Under the pieces are notes generated by a model that searched no databases, was not told the origin of the DNA, and was given only the letters and a program-made list of their open reading frames with translations. The position numbers were made by a program, and so were the translations under genes. A DNA stretch of 64,000 nt from contig JBEKWL010000001.1 of the NCBI GenBank assembly GCA_049513095.1, positions 3,008-67,007 of the forward strand, in the 5' to 3' direction. Positions 8,636-18,525 of the stretch are shown here, in pieces. Numbering within the stretch: the first letter of the stretch is position 1; each line of letters begins with the position of its first letter. This DNA is from Terriglobales bacterium (lineage in GTDB: Bacteria > Acidobacteriota > Terriglobia > Terriglobales > Acidobacteriaceae).

Positions 8636-11600
8636 CTAAATCCCCAGGTCTGGTCCAGAGGTTGCGCTTTCCACGCCAGTTTCTCCGGATTCTACCAGCC
8701 CATTGCCTATCCAGGCGACATGAGTGCCAACAAGTTCCAAACGTTCGTGCACGACAATTTTTGAATTCTCTATCGCCCGGTCAAGGCAACCGCGCAAGAG
8801 GGCAGCAAGTTGCCCAACATAGGGCTCGACGAGGCTGCCGCGGGGACTGATTGGAAGCGAGAAGAGCCGAACGCCACCTTGCGCAACCTCTCCCCAGCCA
8901 CCCAAATGAGCGTTATAACCCGCCAGATGACGCTCCGCCAGAAAGAGAGTCAATTCCCCGGGATAAGGCCTGACGTCGTATTGAGCAAGCGCCTCTTCGT
9001 AGATATCCGCAAGTTTGACTTGAGGCGTGGCCGCATTGGCATTAAGCAGAAGACGATTCCGAAGACGGGCCCAACCAAGACGAGCGGATGCTTTGATTCG
9101 GGTAATCTCGACGCGCACTTTTTCCATGAAAAAGGCGAGTTTGCCTGCACCCTCCGCTGCCATGAGATTCTGGAGGTGAAAATAGGGGTTGAGGATAAAA
9201 CGATTGATAAACCTCTGGTGCAACGGGAGCGGCCAGCGCAGGGCGCGGAAATTGTAAATCTCAATGAGGGCTACGAGGCCCACGGTCTCGCCCGATTCGA
9301 TGAGTTGCCGTGCCATTTCCAGGGCCAGCGTGCCACCCAGGCAGTACCCGCCAAGCATGTAGGGACCGTGCGGTTGTACTTGGCGGATTTCGTGGATGTA
9401 CTGGCGTGCCACATGTTCGAACCGGCCATCGACCGGAGAACGCCCATCGAGATCGGCGGATTGCAAACCGAAGACGGGCTGATCAGCGCCGAGATGGGCC
9501 GCTAGGGAACGATAGAGCAAGACGTTGCCTTCCGCGGCGTGCGCGAGAAAAAGCGGAGGCCGGTTGCCGGATCGATTGATCGCCACGAGCGATTGCCAAT
9601 CTTCTGCTCTGCTGCCCCGGCTCAGAACACTCGCCAGCATCCGCGGGGTAGAGGCGTCGTAGAGGGCCGAGAGCGGCGCGGTGCACCCCAACACGAGTTG
9701 GATCAGGTCAAACAACTGCGCCGCAGCGATGGAGTGGCCACCCAAGGCAAAGAAATCATCATCCGGCCCAATTTCGCGGACATCCAATACCCGCTGCCAA
9801 AGAGGCAGCAGCGCGCGGAGCAATGCGGGCTCCGCCATCGTGTTAAATCTCGTGGAGCTTGCCGGTGAATCTGAGAATTGTCGTGGCAGCTCTGGAGCCG
9901 AAGTCGAAACGGCCGAAAGGAATTCGTGAGCAGCTTCCCGGTTTGAGGCATGAGTGTAAACAATTTCAGTTGCAGGAGAAGCATCGGCACGCTTGAGCCG
10001 GGCAAGATCCAGAACTTGCCGCGACGGATCTGCCGCAAGGTCCTGAAAGATGGAACCAAGCGTTGTGAGCCATTCTCGTATGGTGAGGTCCTCAAAAAGC
10101 TTGATGTCGTAGTGGCAGCGAACCTCCAGGTTCTCTTCCATCTCTACCGCATTCAAATACAACTCGAACGATTCGTAACCTTTGGGGTTGGCATCGTAGT
10201 CGGCGGCAAATCCGGATTGCGGCAATTCGTTTGGCTTGAACTTCTTGACGTTGGTGAGGCCAGTCGAGATCGGGGAAATGCCGAGCGCAGGCCCGACTGG
10301 ACGCAGGTCCTCCAGTAAACTGACCATCGTGAAGTTGGCATGGTCTAGCGCAGCAAGAAGCTCGCCCTGTACTCTCTCGAGAAAAGCGCTGACGGCTTCG
10401 CCTTCGCGTAACTCCACAACGAAGGGGAGAAGATTTACACAGTGTCCGACCAGACCGGGCTGGCCGATGACCGGTTGTTCCGCAGTGGGCAGAGCAATAA
10501 CAAAACGACGTTGCTGTGAAATGCGGGCGAGAAGGATGGCCAAAGAACTGAGAAGGACAGCGAAGAAGCTGCAGCCCTCGTTTGCTCCTACCTCTCTAAG
10601 GTTTTCGACCACCGGGGCCGGAATGGGGTGATCGAGACGGCGCGCGCTGAATTCACGCCGCGCGCTCCGCGGGTGATCGGTCGGAAGCACGAGCACGGGA
10701 AAACCATCTTTGAATTTCGCATGCCAATAGCTGCCCGCTTCCTTGAATTCTTCAGAGCGGTAGCGCTCGGTTACGCTCTGTACGTAATCGACGTAACTCT
10801 TCGCGGGCTCCAGGGATGCGGGTGCGCCCGAGATTTCTTCTGAATAGAAGGCGCAAAGATCGTGGATCAGTACATCCAATGACCAACCATCGCAGATGAT
10901 GTGGTGCGCCGTGAAGATAACCGCCGCGTGATCGGGGCCGAGCAAAACCATTTGGCAACGGAACAACGGACCCGCAGGCAGGGGGAACGGTAAGGCGGTC
11001 TCGTCGGCAATCAGTTTGCGGAGACGCTCCTCTTGCCGGGTTAGATCGTTGATAGAAGAGAGATCGGTTACCGGCATCGCGATTTTCTGCGCCGCGGCGA
11101 TCTTCATCACCAGACCGGCCTCATCGAAGCTGGCGCGAAGGGCATCATGCCGCCCCACCAATCGTTCCATGGAGCGCGCCATTTTCTCGATCGCGATGTT
11201 GCCGGTAAATCGCACCGTCATGGATTCGTTATACGAGGCCGACAAACGTTCGGAAAGACGCGAGGAGGCATAGATGCCCCGCTGCGGAACAGTAGATTCA
11301 ACCTCCAGGAGGCCGGAAGCCGCCGGAGCGGGTGCCTGCGAGTTGTCTTTCGGCAGTGTGGTAACCAAGGGTGTTCCGGCAGCGGCAGGGGCGGCCGAAG
11401 TTGGATCATTCATGCCGGCCTTTTCGAGAAGGGTAACCAAGCGGGCGATGGTGCGTGCTTGATCGGCAACGACTTCCTCGAGCGTGCTGCTGTTCTTCCG
11501 TACGTTCGGTCGGGATTCTACGGCAGCAGGCGCAGCGGGCGGGGCAGGAACAGGCGGAGAGGCCGGGGTGGCAGCCGTTTCCGCAAGAATGTCGGCAGGC

Positions 11601-14600
11601 AGGGTGGCGTCGAGATGCGCCGCAAGCAGGTCAACGTTGGGCCACTGATTCATGAGCTGACTGAAGCTGACCTTGGCGGAAAACTCCTTGCGGATGGCAA
11701 AAGCGACCTGCGTCAAGGATAAGGAATCGAATCCCTGCTCCATGAACGTGGCGGAGGTGCTGATCTGTGAGCGTTCGTGTCCGGAGACTGGTACGAGGAG
11801 GTCAACCAGACGCGCAGCGATGCGGTCTCCTCGTGAAGATGGGCGTGAAGCTAATGAACTTCCCGAGGTAACGCTCGCTAGCGTCGCGGAGGAAGCCAAT
11901 GGCTCAACGAATTGCCCGACGGGGGGACGAATGGCTGAATCGGAACTCGCGGCCTGGAGGTTTGGTGCAGCGGTTGCCACTGGGGCAGGGTCTACCCAGA
12001 AGCGCTGCCGCTCAAAGGGATAAGTTGGCAAAGGTATGCGCCGGCGGTCTTCGTTGGCATAGAAGGCATCCCAATCAATGGACACGCCGTTCTGCCAGAG
12101 AGACCCCAGGGCGAAAAGCACGGTCGCCCACTCGGTGTTGTTCTCAGGCGTATCGGCAAACGTGGGAATGGCCGTGCAGGGATGGTCGGGCGTGAACTGC
12201 TGGCGGGCCAACGAACACAGTGTGGAACGCGGTCCACATTCCAGGAAGAGGTCGTATCCCTGGTCTTTGAGACACTGGATTGCTTTCGAAAACTCCACCG
12301 TTGACCGGGCATGATTGGCCCAATAAGCGGGATCGGTGGTTTCCGCGGCGGTGATGAGGCGTCCCGTGACCGTCGAGACAAAGGGCCTCACCGGCGCGCG
12401 CAACTGGATTTTGGCGACGGCCGCGCGCAACGGTTCAACCATGGGATCCATCATCGCGGAGTGGAAGGCATGCGAGGTATGCAGGTGGCGGCAGACGATG
12501 CTTTCCGCTTCGAGTTGCTTCTGGAATTGGCCGACATCCGCTTCCGGCCCCGACACGACACATAGAGCCGGAGCATTATTGGAAGCGATCTGAAGCGTAG
12601 CCGGAAGAATTTTCGCGATCGAATCTGCGCTGCCGCTCACCGCCATCATGGAACCACGCGGGAGGTTCTGCATCAAGCGGCCCCGCAGAGCGATGATGCC
12701 GAGAGCGTCCTCAAGTTCCCACACGCCAGCGAGCGTGGCGGCGACAAATTCTCCGATGCTGTGTCCGGCCATCATGGCAGGCTCGATGCCCAGGCTCTGC
12801 CAGAAACGCGCCAGCGCGTATTCGATGACGAAAATGGATGGCTGGGTGAAAAACGTGTCCTGCAGGGAGATCTGGGCCGTCTTCTCATCTCCACTTTGAG
12901 GATAAAGAAGTTCACGTAAATCTCTGCCGAGATGAGGCTTGAGATGTTCGCAACAATCGTCCACGACGGCGCGGAAAAGAGGCTCGTCTCGATAGAGGTT
13001 CAGGCCCATGTTGACATACTGGGTGCCCTGCCCGCCGAAAAGGAAGACGACGGGAGGATCCCGGCGTTGACAGCGTTTACTGCTGCCGCGCAAAGGATTG
13101 GGTTGCAGGAGAATTCTGGCGGCTTCGCTGGAATCGGCGGCGACCACGAAACGCCGGTGGGTCATCTGCTTGCGCCCGGTTTGAAACGTGTAGGCCGCAT
13201 CCGCGAAAGATTCCGGTGCGGCGTTCGCGAGATGCTCCGCCAACGCCTGGCTGTACGCCGCGAGCGCCGCCGGACTCTTGGCCGAGAAAGGCAAAAGCTG
13301 CAGCGGACGCGAAGCGCGCGCGTCCTTCGGCACGGGTGCTTCTTCCAAAATGACGTGGACGTTGGTCCCGCCAAAGCCAAACGAACTGACCGCTGTGCGG
13401 CGCGCTTCCTCTCCTCGAGGGAAGGGGATGAGCTTATCGGCCATGATGAAAGGGCTGCTGGCAAAATCGATCTTGGGATTGGGCGTCTTGAAATGGAGGG
13501 TCGGAGGAATTTGTTCGTGATGGAGAACGAGCGCCGCTTTGATCAGCCCCGCAACTCCCGCGGCATTGGTCGGATGCCCAATGTTTCCTTTGATGGAGCC
13601 GATATAGCAGAACTGTTTCTTGCCGGTCTTGCTTTCAAAAACTTTCCGCAGCGCTTCGAATTCAATGGGGTCGCCGACCGGAGTGCCCGTGCCGTGCGCC
13701 TCGATGTAGCGAATGGTCTCGACGGGAACGTTGGCATTAGACTGGGCCAGGGCAATGGCATCCGCCTGGCCGTCCACGCTCGGGGCCAGGAAAGAGGCAG
13801 GGCGTGCGCCGTTGTTGTTTTTGCCGGTGCCGCGAATAACGGCATAAATGGTATCGCCATCGGTCAGAGCATCGGCGAGCCGTTTGAGCATGACTACGCC
13901 GGCGCCGTCACAAAACATGGTTCCGGTGGCGTCCGCATCAAAAGGACGGCAGTGACCATCCTTGGCAAACGTGCCTCCCTCTTGATAGAGGAACCCGCTC
14001 TTTTGCGGGACCGTGATGTCAACGCCGCCGGAGAGAGCGATGTCGCACTCATAGTCGAGCAGCGAGCGATAGGCCTGGTCCACCGTTAAGAGCGTGGTCG
14101 AGCAGGCGGTATTGACGCTGATCGCGGGCCCGCGGAGATCCAGTAGATAGGCGGTCCGAAGCGCGATGTAGTCCTTCTGGTTGCCATACTCAACGGCGAG
14201 CTTGCCGGCCATGGCCAACAGATCGGGCTGGGTCAGGAGGTTAGTTGTGTAGTAGTGGTTGTCGCCGATGCCCGCAAATACGCCAATGCGCCCTTTGTAG
14301 CGCTCCGGGTCGTATCCTGCGTTCTCGAGCGCCTGCTGGGCGAGTTCGAGAAAGACGCGCTGTTGCGGATCCATCACCCTGGCTTCGAGCGGGTTGATAC
14401 CAAAGAAGGCGGCATCGAAGAGATCCGCGCCCTCGATCAAACCTCGGGCGCGTATGTAGTCCGGATCGTTGCGGAGATGTTCGTCAATGCCGGGGCCCAG
14501 CTCTTCGGGAGCAAAAAAGGAAATTGATTCGACGGAGTTGCAGAGGTTGCGCCACAGTTGATCGAGATTGGCCGCGCCCGGGAAGCGCCCGGTCATGCCG

Positions 14601-16522
14601 ATCACCGCGACGGCATCGCGCGCGCGCTCGTTCCCGTCTTGCGATTTGGGCTGAGAATCGTGCTGCGAATTGCGCTGATGCCGCGCCCGGGTTTCGGCTT
14701 CGGCAAGAAAGTCGGACTTCGTGCCGCTCTCTTCCTCTTTCAGAAATTCCGCGAGCTTTGCGATCGTGGGATATTGAAAGACTTTGACTGGAGGAATCTC
14801 ACGTCCGAAGCGCGTGTGGTACTGGCTCACCATGCGCACCGCTGCCAGTGAATTGCCGCCGAGATCGAAGAAGCTGTCGTCGATGCCAACTTCTTCCAGT
14901 TGCAGCAAGTCGCACCAGAGATTTGCCAATTGCTTTTCTGTCGCTGTCCGCGGGGCGATAAAGTCCTGGGCAAGAAGTGGCCGCTTGCCCTCTGGCCGGG
15001 GCAGAGCCTTGCGATCGAGCTTGGCGTTCGGGGTCAGGGGAAATTTTTCCAACCGCAGGAAGACGGAGGGAATCATGTAGCCCGGCAGCGTGGCTTTGAG
15101 GGCCTGGACTAAAGAGGTAGAACTCAAGTCTTCACGGCCCGTGTAGTAGGCGGCCAGGCGTTTATCGCCGGGACGATCCTCGCGAAGAACGACGACGGCC
15201 TGTCCGATTCCCTCGATTTTCGAAAGCACGCTCTCGATTTCGCCCAGTTCGATGCGAAAACCGTGGAGTTTCACCTGCTGGTCGAGACGCCCCAGAAATT
15301 CAAGAGTGCCATCGCGGCGGTGGCGGACCTCGTCGCCAGTACGGTAGAGACGTGCATCAGGACCCTCGCTGGTGGGATCGGTAACGAACCTCTCAGCAGT
15401 CAGCTCAGGACGCTTGAAATACCCGCGAGCCAAGCCCGTGCCGCCAATCCAGAGCTCGCCGGGCGTGCCCAGAGAAACCGGCTTGTGGTTCTCATCCAGA
15501 ACATGGAATTGCGTATTCGCAATGGGTGGACCGAGCGAGATGTGGTCAGCAGAGGTAAGGCGTTCGGTGGAGGACCAGATCGTGGTTTCGGTCGGCCCAT
15601 ACATGTTCCAAAGTTCGCGGCAACGAGGGAGCAATTGACGAGCGAGGTCAGCCGTCAGAGCCTCGCCTCCGCAAAAGATCCTCAGGTCGCTCTTCCCTTC
15701 CCAGCCGTTTTCGAGCAGCATGCGCCAAGTCGTTGGCGTTGCCTGCATCACCGTGACTGCGTGTTGCCGAAGCAATCGTTGCAGCTCGCGAGCGTCCGAA
15801 GATTGTTCCGCGGTGGCAATAACGATCTGGGCGCCGCACACCAGGGGGAGAAGGAATTCCAGGATCGAGATGTCAAAAGAAGTTGTCGTAACCGCCAGGA
15901 GTGTATCGGACGCAGGCATTCCAGGCGTTTCCGCCATGGACAAGAGAAAATTGACCAGCGCGCGCCGCGGGATCATAACTCCCTTGGGCTTTCCCGTCGA
16001 GCCCGAAGTGTAAATCAGGTAGGCGAGATGTTCAGGGTTGCTGCTAAAGGGGAGGTTCGTCTCTGGGGCCTTGGAAAGCGACTCTTTTTCTCGGTCGAGC
16101 AGAACAACTCGGGCGGTCGTTTCCGGCAGACTTTCCCGCTGGGAAGAATGGGATAGGAGGAGAGAGACTTCGGAGTCCGCCAGCATGAATGCCAGACGGT
16201 CTTTTGGAAACTTCGGATCCAGCGGCAGGTAGGTCCCACCGGATTTGAGAGTGGCGAGGAGGCTCACCACCGAATCAAACGAACGATCAAGACACACACC
16301 AACCAGGCTCTCGGGACCGACACCTTGCTCCCGAAGGAAATGTGCCAGGCGGTTCGAGCGGGAATTCAGCTCCCGGTAGGTAATCTGCTCCGGTCCCAGG
16401 GTCAGGACGGGGGCGTCAGGTGTGCGCTCGACTTGGTCTTCAATGAACTCGTGCGGGCCTCGCCTCAGGGGGTAGTCCCGCCGGGCATCGTAGTGAGGGC
16501 CGATCACACCTGTTCCCATCAT
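8636..16522 (-). CDS. Hybrid NRPS-PKS megasynthase, 2628 aa: A-PCP-KS-AT-ACP-C-PCP-TE-like
   Basis: Domains with approximate nt spans. A domain (14993-16450): LAYLIYTSGSTGKPKGV, NMYGPTETT, YRTGDEV, GRLDQQVKLHGFRIELGEIE, PNAKLDRKAL. PCP1 (14738-14950): FFDLGGNSL. KS (13337-14617): NTACSTTL, EAHGTGTPVGDP, GNIGHPTNAAG. AT (12173-13054): GHSIGE plus HAFHS, a malonyl-type signature. ACP (11603-11827): GFDSLS. Ala/Pro-rich linker. C domain (10028-11290): HHIICDGWS. PCP2 (9623-9829): FFALGGHSI. Alpha/beta-hydrolase TE-like domain (8783-9565): GGYCLGG. No KR, DH or ER domain was seen. Confidence 0.95.
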   Translation of the reverse strand: MMGTGVIGPHYDARRDYPLRRGPHEFIEDQVERTPDAPVLTLGPEQITYRELNSRSNRLAHFLREQGVGPESLVGVCLDRSFDSVVSLLATLKSGGTYLPLDPKFPKDRLAFMLADSEVSLLLSHSSQRESLPETTARVVLLDREKESLSKAPETNLPFSSNPEHLAYLIYTSGSTGKPKGVMIPRRALVNFLLSMAETPGMPASDTLLAVTTTSFDISILEFLLPLVCGAQIVIATAEQSSDARELQRLLRQHAVTVMQATPTTWRMLLENGWEGKSDLRIFCGGEALTADLARQLLPRCRELWNMYGPTETTIWSSTERLTSADHISLGPPIANTQFHVLDENHKPVSLGTPGELWIGGTGLARGYFKRPELTAERFVTDPTSEGPDARLYRTGDEVRHRRDGTLEFLGRLDQQVKLHGFRIELGEIESVLSKIEGIGQAVVVLREDRPGDKRLAAYYTGREDLSSTSLVQALKATLPGYMIPSVFLRLEKFPLTPNAKLDRKALPRPEGKRPLLAQDFIAPRTATEKQLANLWCDLLQLEEVGIDDSFFDLGGNSLAAVRMVSQYHTRFGREIPPVKVFQYPTIAKLAEFLKEEESGTKSDFLAEAETRARHQRNSQHDSQPKSQDGNERARDAVAVIGMTGRFPGAANLDQLWRNLCNSVESISFFAPEELGPGIDEHLRNDPDYIRARGLIEGADLFDAAFFGINPLEARVMDPQQRVFLELAQQALENAGYDPERYKGRIGVFAGIGDNHYYTTNLLTQPDLLAMAGKLAVEYGNQKDYIALRTAYLLDLRGPAISVNTACSTTLLTVDQAYRSLLDYECDIALSGGVDITVPQKSGFLYQEGGTFAKDGHCRPFDADATGTMFCDGAGVVMLKRLADALTDGDTIYAVIRGTGKNNNGARPASFLAPSVDGQADAIALAQSNANVPVETIRYIEAHGTGTPVGDPIEFEALRKVFESKTGKKQFCYIGSIKGNIGHPTNAAGVAGLIKAALVLHHEQIPPTLHFKTPNPKIDFASSPFIMADKLIPFPRGEEARRTAVSSFGFGGTNVHVILEEAPVPKDARASRPLQLLPFSAKSPAALAAYSQALAEHLANAAPESFADAAYTFQTGRKQMTHRRFVVAADSSEAARILLQPNPLRGSSKRCQRRDPPVVFLFGGQGTQYVNMGLNLYRDEPLFRAVVDDCCEHLKPHLGRDLRELLYPQSGDEKTAQISLQDTFFTQPSIFVIEYALARFWQSLGIEPAMMAGHSIGEFVAATLAGVWELEDALGIIALRGRLMQNLPRGSMMAVSGSADSIAKILPATLQIASNNAPALCVVSGPEADVGQFQKQLEAESIVCRHLHTSHAFHSAMMDPMVEPLRAAVAKIQLRAPVRPFVSTVTGRLITAAETTDPAYWANHARSTVEFSKAIQCLKDQGYDLFLECGPRSTLCSLARQQFTPDHPCTAIPTFADTPENNTEWATVLFALGSLWQNGVSIDWDAFYANEDRRRIPLPTYPFERQRFWVDPAPVATAAPNLQAASSDSAIRPPVGQFVEPLASSATLASVTSGSSLASRPSSRGDRIAARLVDLLVPVSGHERSQISTSATFMEQGFDSLSLTQVAFAIRKEFSAKVSFSQLMNQWPNVDLLAAHLDATLPADILAETAATPASPPVPAPPAAPAAVESRPNVRKNSSTLEEVVADQARTIARLVTLLEKAGMNDPTSAAPAAAGTPLVTTLPKDNSQAPAPAASGLLEVESTVPQRGIYASSRLSERLSASYNESMTVRFTGNIAIEKMARSMERLVGRHDALRASFDEAGLVMKIAAAQKIAMPVTDLSSINDLTRQEERLRKLIADETALPFPLPAGPLFRCQMVLLGPDHAAVIFTAHHIICDGWSLDVLIHDLCAFYSEEISGAPASLEPAKSYVDYVQSVTERYRSEEFKEAGSYWHAKFKDGFPVLVLPTDHPRSARREFSARRLDHPIPAPVVENLREVGANEGCSFFAVLLSSLAILLARISQQRRFVIALPTAEQPVIGQPGLVGHCVNLLPFVVELREGEAVSAFLERVQGELLAALDHANFTMVSLLEDLRPVGPALGISPISTGLTNVKKFKPNELPQSGFAADYDANPKGYESFELYLNAVEMEENLEVRCHYDIKLFEDLTIREWLTTLGSIFQDLAADPSRQVLDLARLKRADASPATEIVYTHASNREAAHEFLSAVSTSAPELPRQFSDSPASSTRFNTMAEPALLRALLPLWQRVLDVREIGPDDDFFALGGHSIAAAQLFDLIQLVLGCTAPLSALYDASTPRMLASVLSRGSRAEDWQSLVAINRSGNRPPLFLAHAAEGNVLLYRSLAAHLGADQPVFGLQSADLDGRSPVDGRFEHVARQYIHEIRQVQPHGPYMLGGYCLGGTLALEMARQLIESGETVGLVALIEIYNFRALRWPLPLHQRFINRFILNPYFHLQNLMAAEGAGKLAFFMEKVRVEITRIKASARLGWARLRNRLLLNANAATPQVKLADIYEEALAQYDVRPYPGELTLFLAERHLAGYNAHLGGWGEVAQGGVRLFSLPISPRGSLVEPYVGQLAALLRGCLDRAIENSKIVVHERLELVGTHVAWIGNGLVESGETGVESATSGPDLGI

Positions 16523-16969
16523 GAGACCTATTTAACGAGCACCACCAATAACTGGTGCCATTTCGGGTTTCGGTCGCCATGAAGGTCTTTAGTCCTAATA
16601 GGTTACGAGAGTAGCCAGTAGGTTTGTGACGTCGGTCACAGCAACACCGCAGCGGCAACACGTTCACAATTCCCGCTTTGGCAGGCGGAAGTTGAGAAGT
16701 TTTCCCGTCGCGTCCCTAGGTGTATATTGCTTTAGCGATACCTGTAATTCAAAGTTACCTAGGTACTCCCACCCCTTGGTGGCCAACGCGCGGGTACCGC
16801 GCTGGATTGCATTGGTGAGCTTCGGTTGTGGGATGGGCTGTTCACTTTTCCGCCCCACGACTCCGACCGGGTTGTGGGGCGTTGCTTTTGAAGTGATCAC
16901 GGAGGGGGTTCTACATTCGCGACAGCGACCAAGGCGCCGGCACCCGTCTTGGCCGTAAAGCCAACCACG

Positions 16970-18337
16970 CTAAAACGCGCGGGTCCTGTCACATTCCTGC
17001 GCAGAGCCAATTGAATAGACGAGTCGATCGACCTGCAAGGTAGCGAAAGCGACGCGTGCTCTCTCACTGCCCTCGCCCTCGACTGACCAGTTTTCGCCCT
17101 TACGGGTCAGAACCATGCGGTCCCGCTGTCTCCACCAGCGGCTCACGTCTCTTGGAAGCGCCACCCACACACCATGCTTTTCACGCAACCTTGCGAGCGA
17201 ACTCAGCAAGCTCTTATAGGTGCTTTGAGCGCGCTCTCCCAGGACGTAATCTGGATGAACTATGAAGTTCATGAGACCATGTTGTTTCAGGATAAGCTCG
17301 GCCTGCCGCTTCCACAGGGTCGTGGTGTAGTCGTCCAGAACATTGAAGAGCGAATGATCCTGAGTTGTAGTGACAGGTAGTTCAACCAGTTCCCCAACAA
17401 AGTAGGGCATCATCGTACAACAACCGCCGCGCTGGGGGTCTAAATGGCCGACGTTCGGAACCGACATGTCGTACTCGAACTCCAGGAGGTCAAACCACTC
17501 CGGGTTTCTGTACAGAACCGCTGAGCGGAAGCCCGCCGCCTGATATTCCCTGCCGTAGTTGTTGATCTTCTTCACGCGGCGCTCAAATTCGGCTTTGTCC
17601 TGGAACAGATTGCCATCATGGTTGAGATCATGAATGTTGACTTCGAATCCTCTGCGCCTTATCTCCTCGAGAAACTCTGGCTCGACCGAGTAACGCTTCT
17701 CCGGCACGATCTGAAAAGATGCAGGAATACCGAAAGAGCTATCCAGATCCATCAGTTGCGAGCAGAATCGTTTTCCCGGAGCAGCCTCGACGTCGTGAGT
17801 CATGATGGCGCAAGCGTTCGCACCATCCGGCCAGAACCAGATGAATGGGATGCTCTCCAATCCCGTCGACTTGAATGCGAGTATTACCAACTCTTCGAAA
17901 AGGCAGTCGACCGTTCGATCAACCGGCCATTTCGGAAACGGCATATGTTCCCAGCCACGCAGGTAGATTCGTTGAAGATACTTGCGCACCGCTACAGGCA
18001 GCAAAGGGCGAACCAGGTAATAGGCATCACGAATCAGGCCGCGGCTGCTTGCATATTGGGCGCAATGGGCGGCGTAGCGTTCACTCCTGAGATTCTCGAT
18101 GATCTCTTCCGGATCGAACGGAAGCACAACCTTTCCGTTATCCAATCGAACATGATCGGACACGTCATTGAGCTGTTGATCGGGTCTATCTGCCAAAGGT
18201 CCCTTCGAGCACCTGCCGTAGCAAATTGCATCTGTCCCGAAACGAAAGAACCCTGGGGCTGCCGACAGTTGACCATCCACGGTGAAATCAAGAAGCGGAT
18301 TGGAGTATCGAAAATACCGGCTAAGCGACTGGATCAT
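16970..18337 (-). CDS. Hypothetical protein, putative divergent polysaccharide deacetylase (CE4/NodB-like)
   Basis: 455-aa ORF. AIMTHDVEAAPG resembles NodB motif 1 (TFDDG-like D-x-E variant) and VNIHDLNHDG resembles the HxxxH metal motif. The assignment is tentative. Confidence 0.5.
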   Translation of the reverse strand: MIQSLSRYFRYSNPLLDFTVDGQLSAAPGFFRFGTDAICYGRCSKGPLADRPDQQLNDVSDHVRLDNGKVVLPFDPEEIIENLRSERYAAHCAQYASSRGLIRDAYYLVRPLLPVAVRKYLQRIYLRGWEHMPFPKWPVDRTVDCLFEELVILAFKSTGLESIPFIWFWPDGANACAIMTHDVEAAPGKRFCSQLMDLDSSFGIPASFQIVPEKRYSVEPEFLEEIRRRGFEVNIHDLNHDGNLFQDKAEFERRVKKINNYGREYQAAGFRSAVLYRNPEWFDLLEFEYDMSVPNVGHLDPQRGGCCTMMPYFVGELVELPVTTTQDHSLFNVLDDYTTTLWKRQAELILKQHGLMNFIVHPDYVLGERAQSTYKSLLSSLARLREKHGVWVALPRDVSRWWRQRDRMVLTRKGENWSVEGEGSERARVAFATLQVDRLVYSIGSAQECDRTRAF

Positions 18338-18525
18338 GGTCTAAACCCAAACCAGAGATTTCCTGAACCTACAGGTACGGTATGCGAACAACATGGCGTT
18401 GTTGAGTAACATGTGTTAGTAATCTATATTTCTCATACGATCGACGGCAGCCGCGTTTTTGCAGATTGCGGCTTGCATATTGGAAGGCGCGTCGCGCCAG
18501 TCCTCACAACAATCGCTCCGGACTG

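Noticed and set aside
16544-16560. Sigma-54-like -24/-12 element (minus strand TGGCAC-CAGTT-ATTGG) about 25 nt upstream of the NRPS-PKS start codon
   Set aside because: The -12 element is shifted by one nt and reads TTGG rather than TTGC. It would leave almost no leader or RBS, and the locus regulator lacks GAFTGA. Probably a chance match.
16626-16958. ORFs 16626..16958 (+) and 16664..16900 (-) in the long leader upstream of the NRPS-PKS
   Set aside because: No motifs, no RBS and implausible composition. Treated as non-coding leader.
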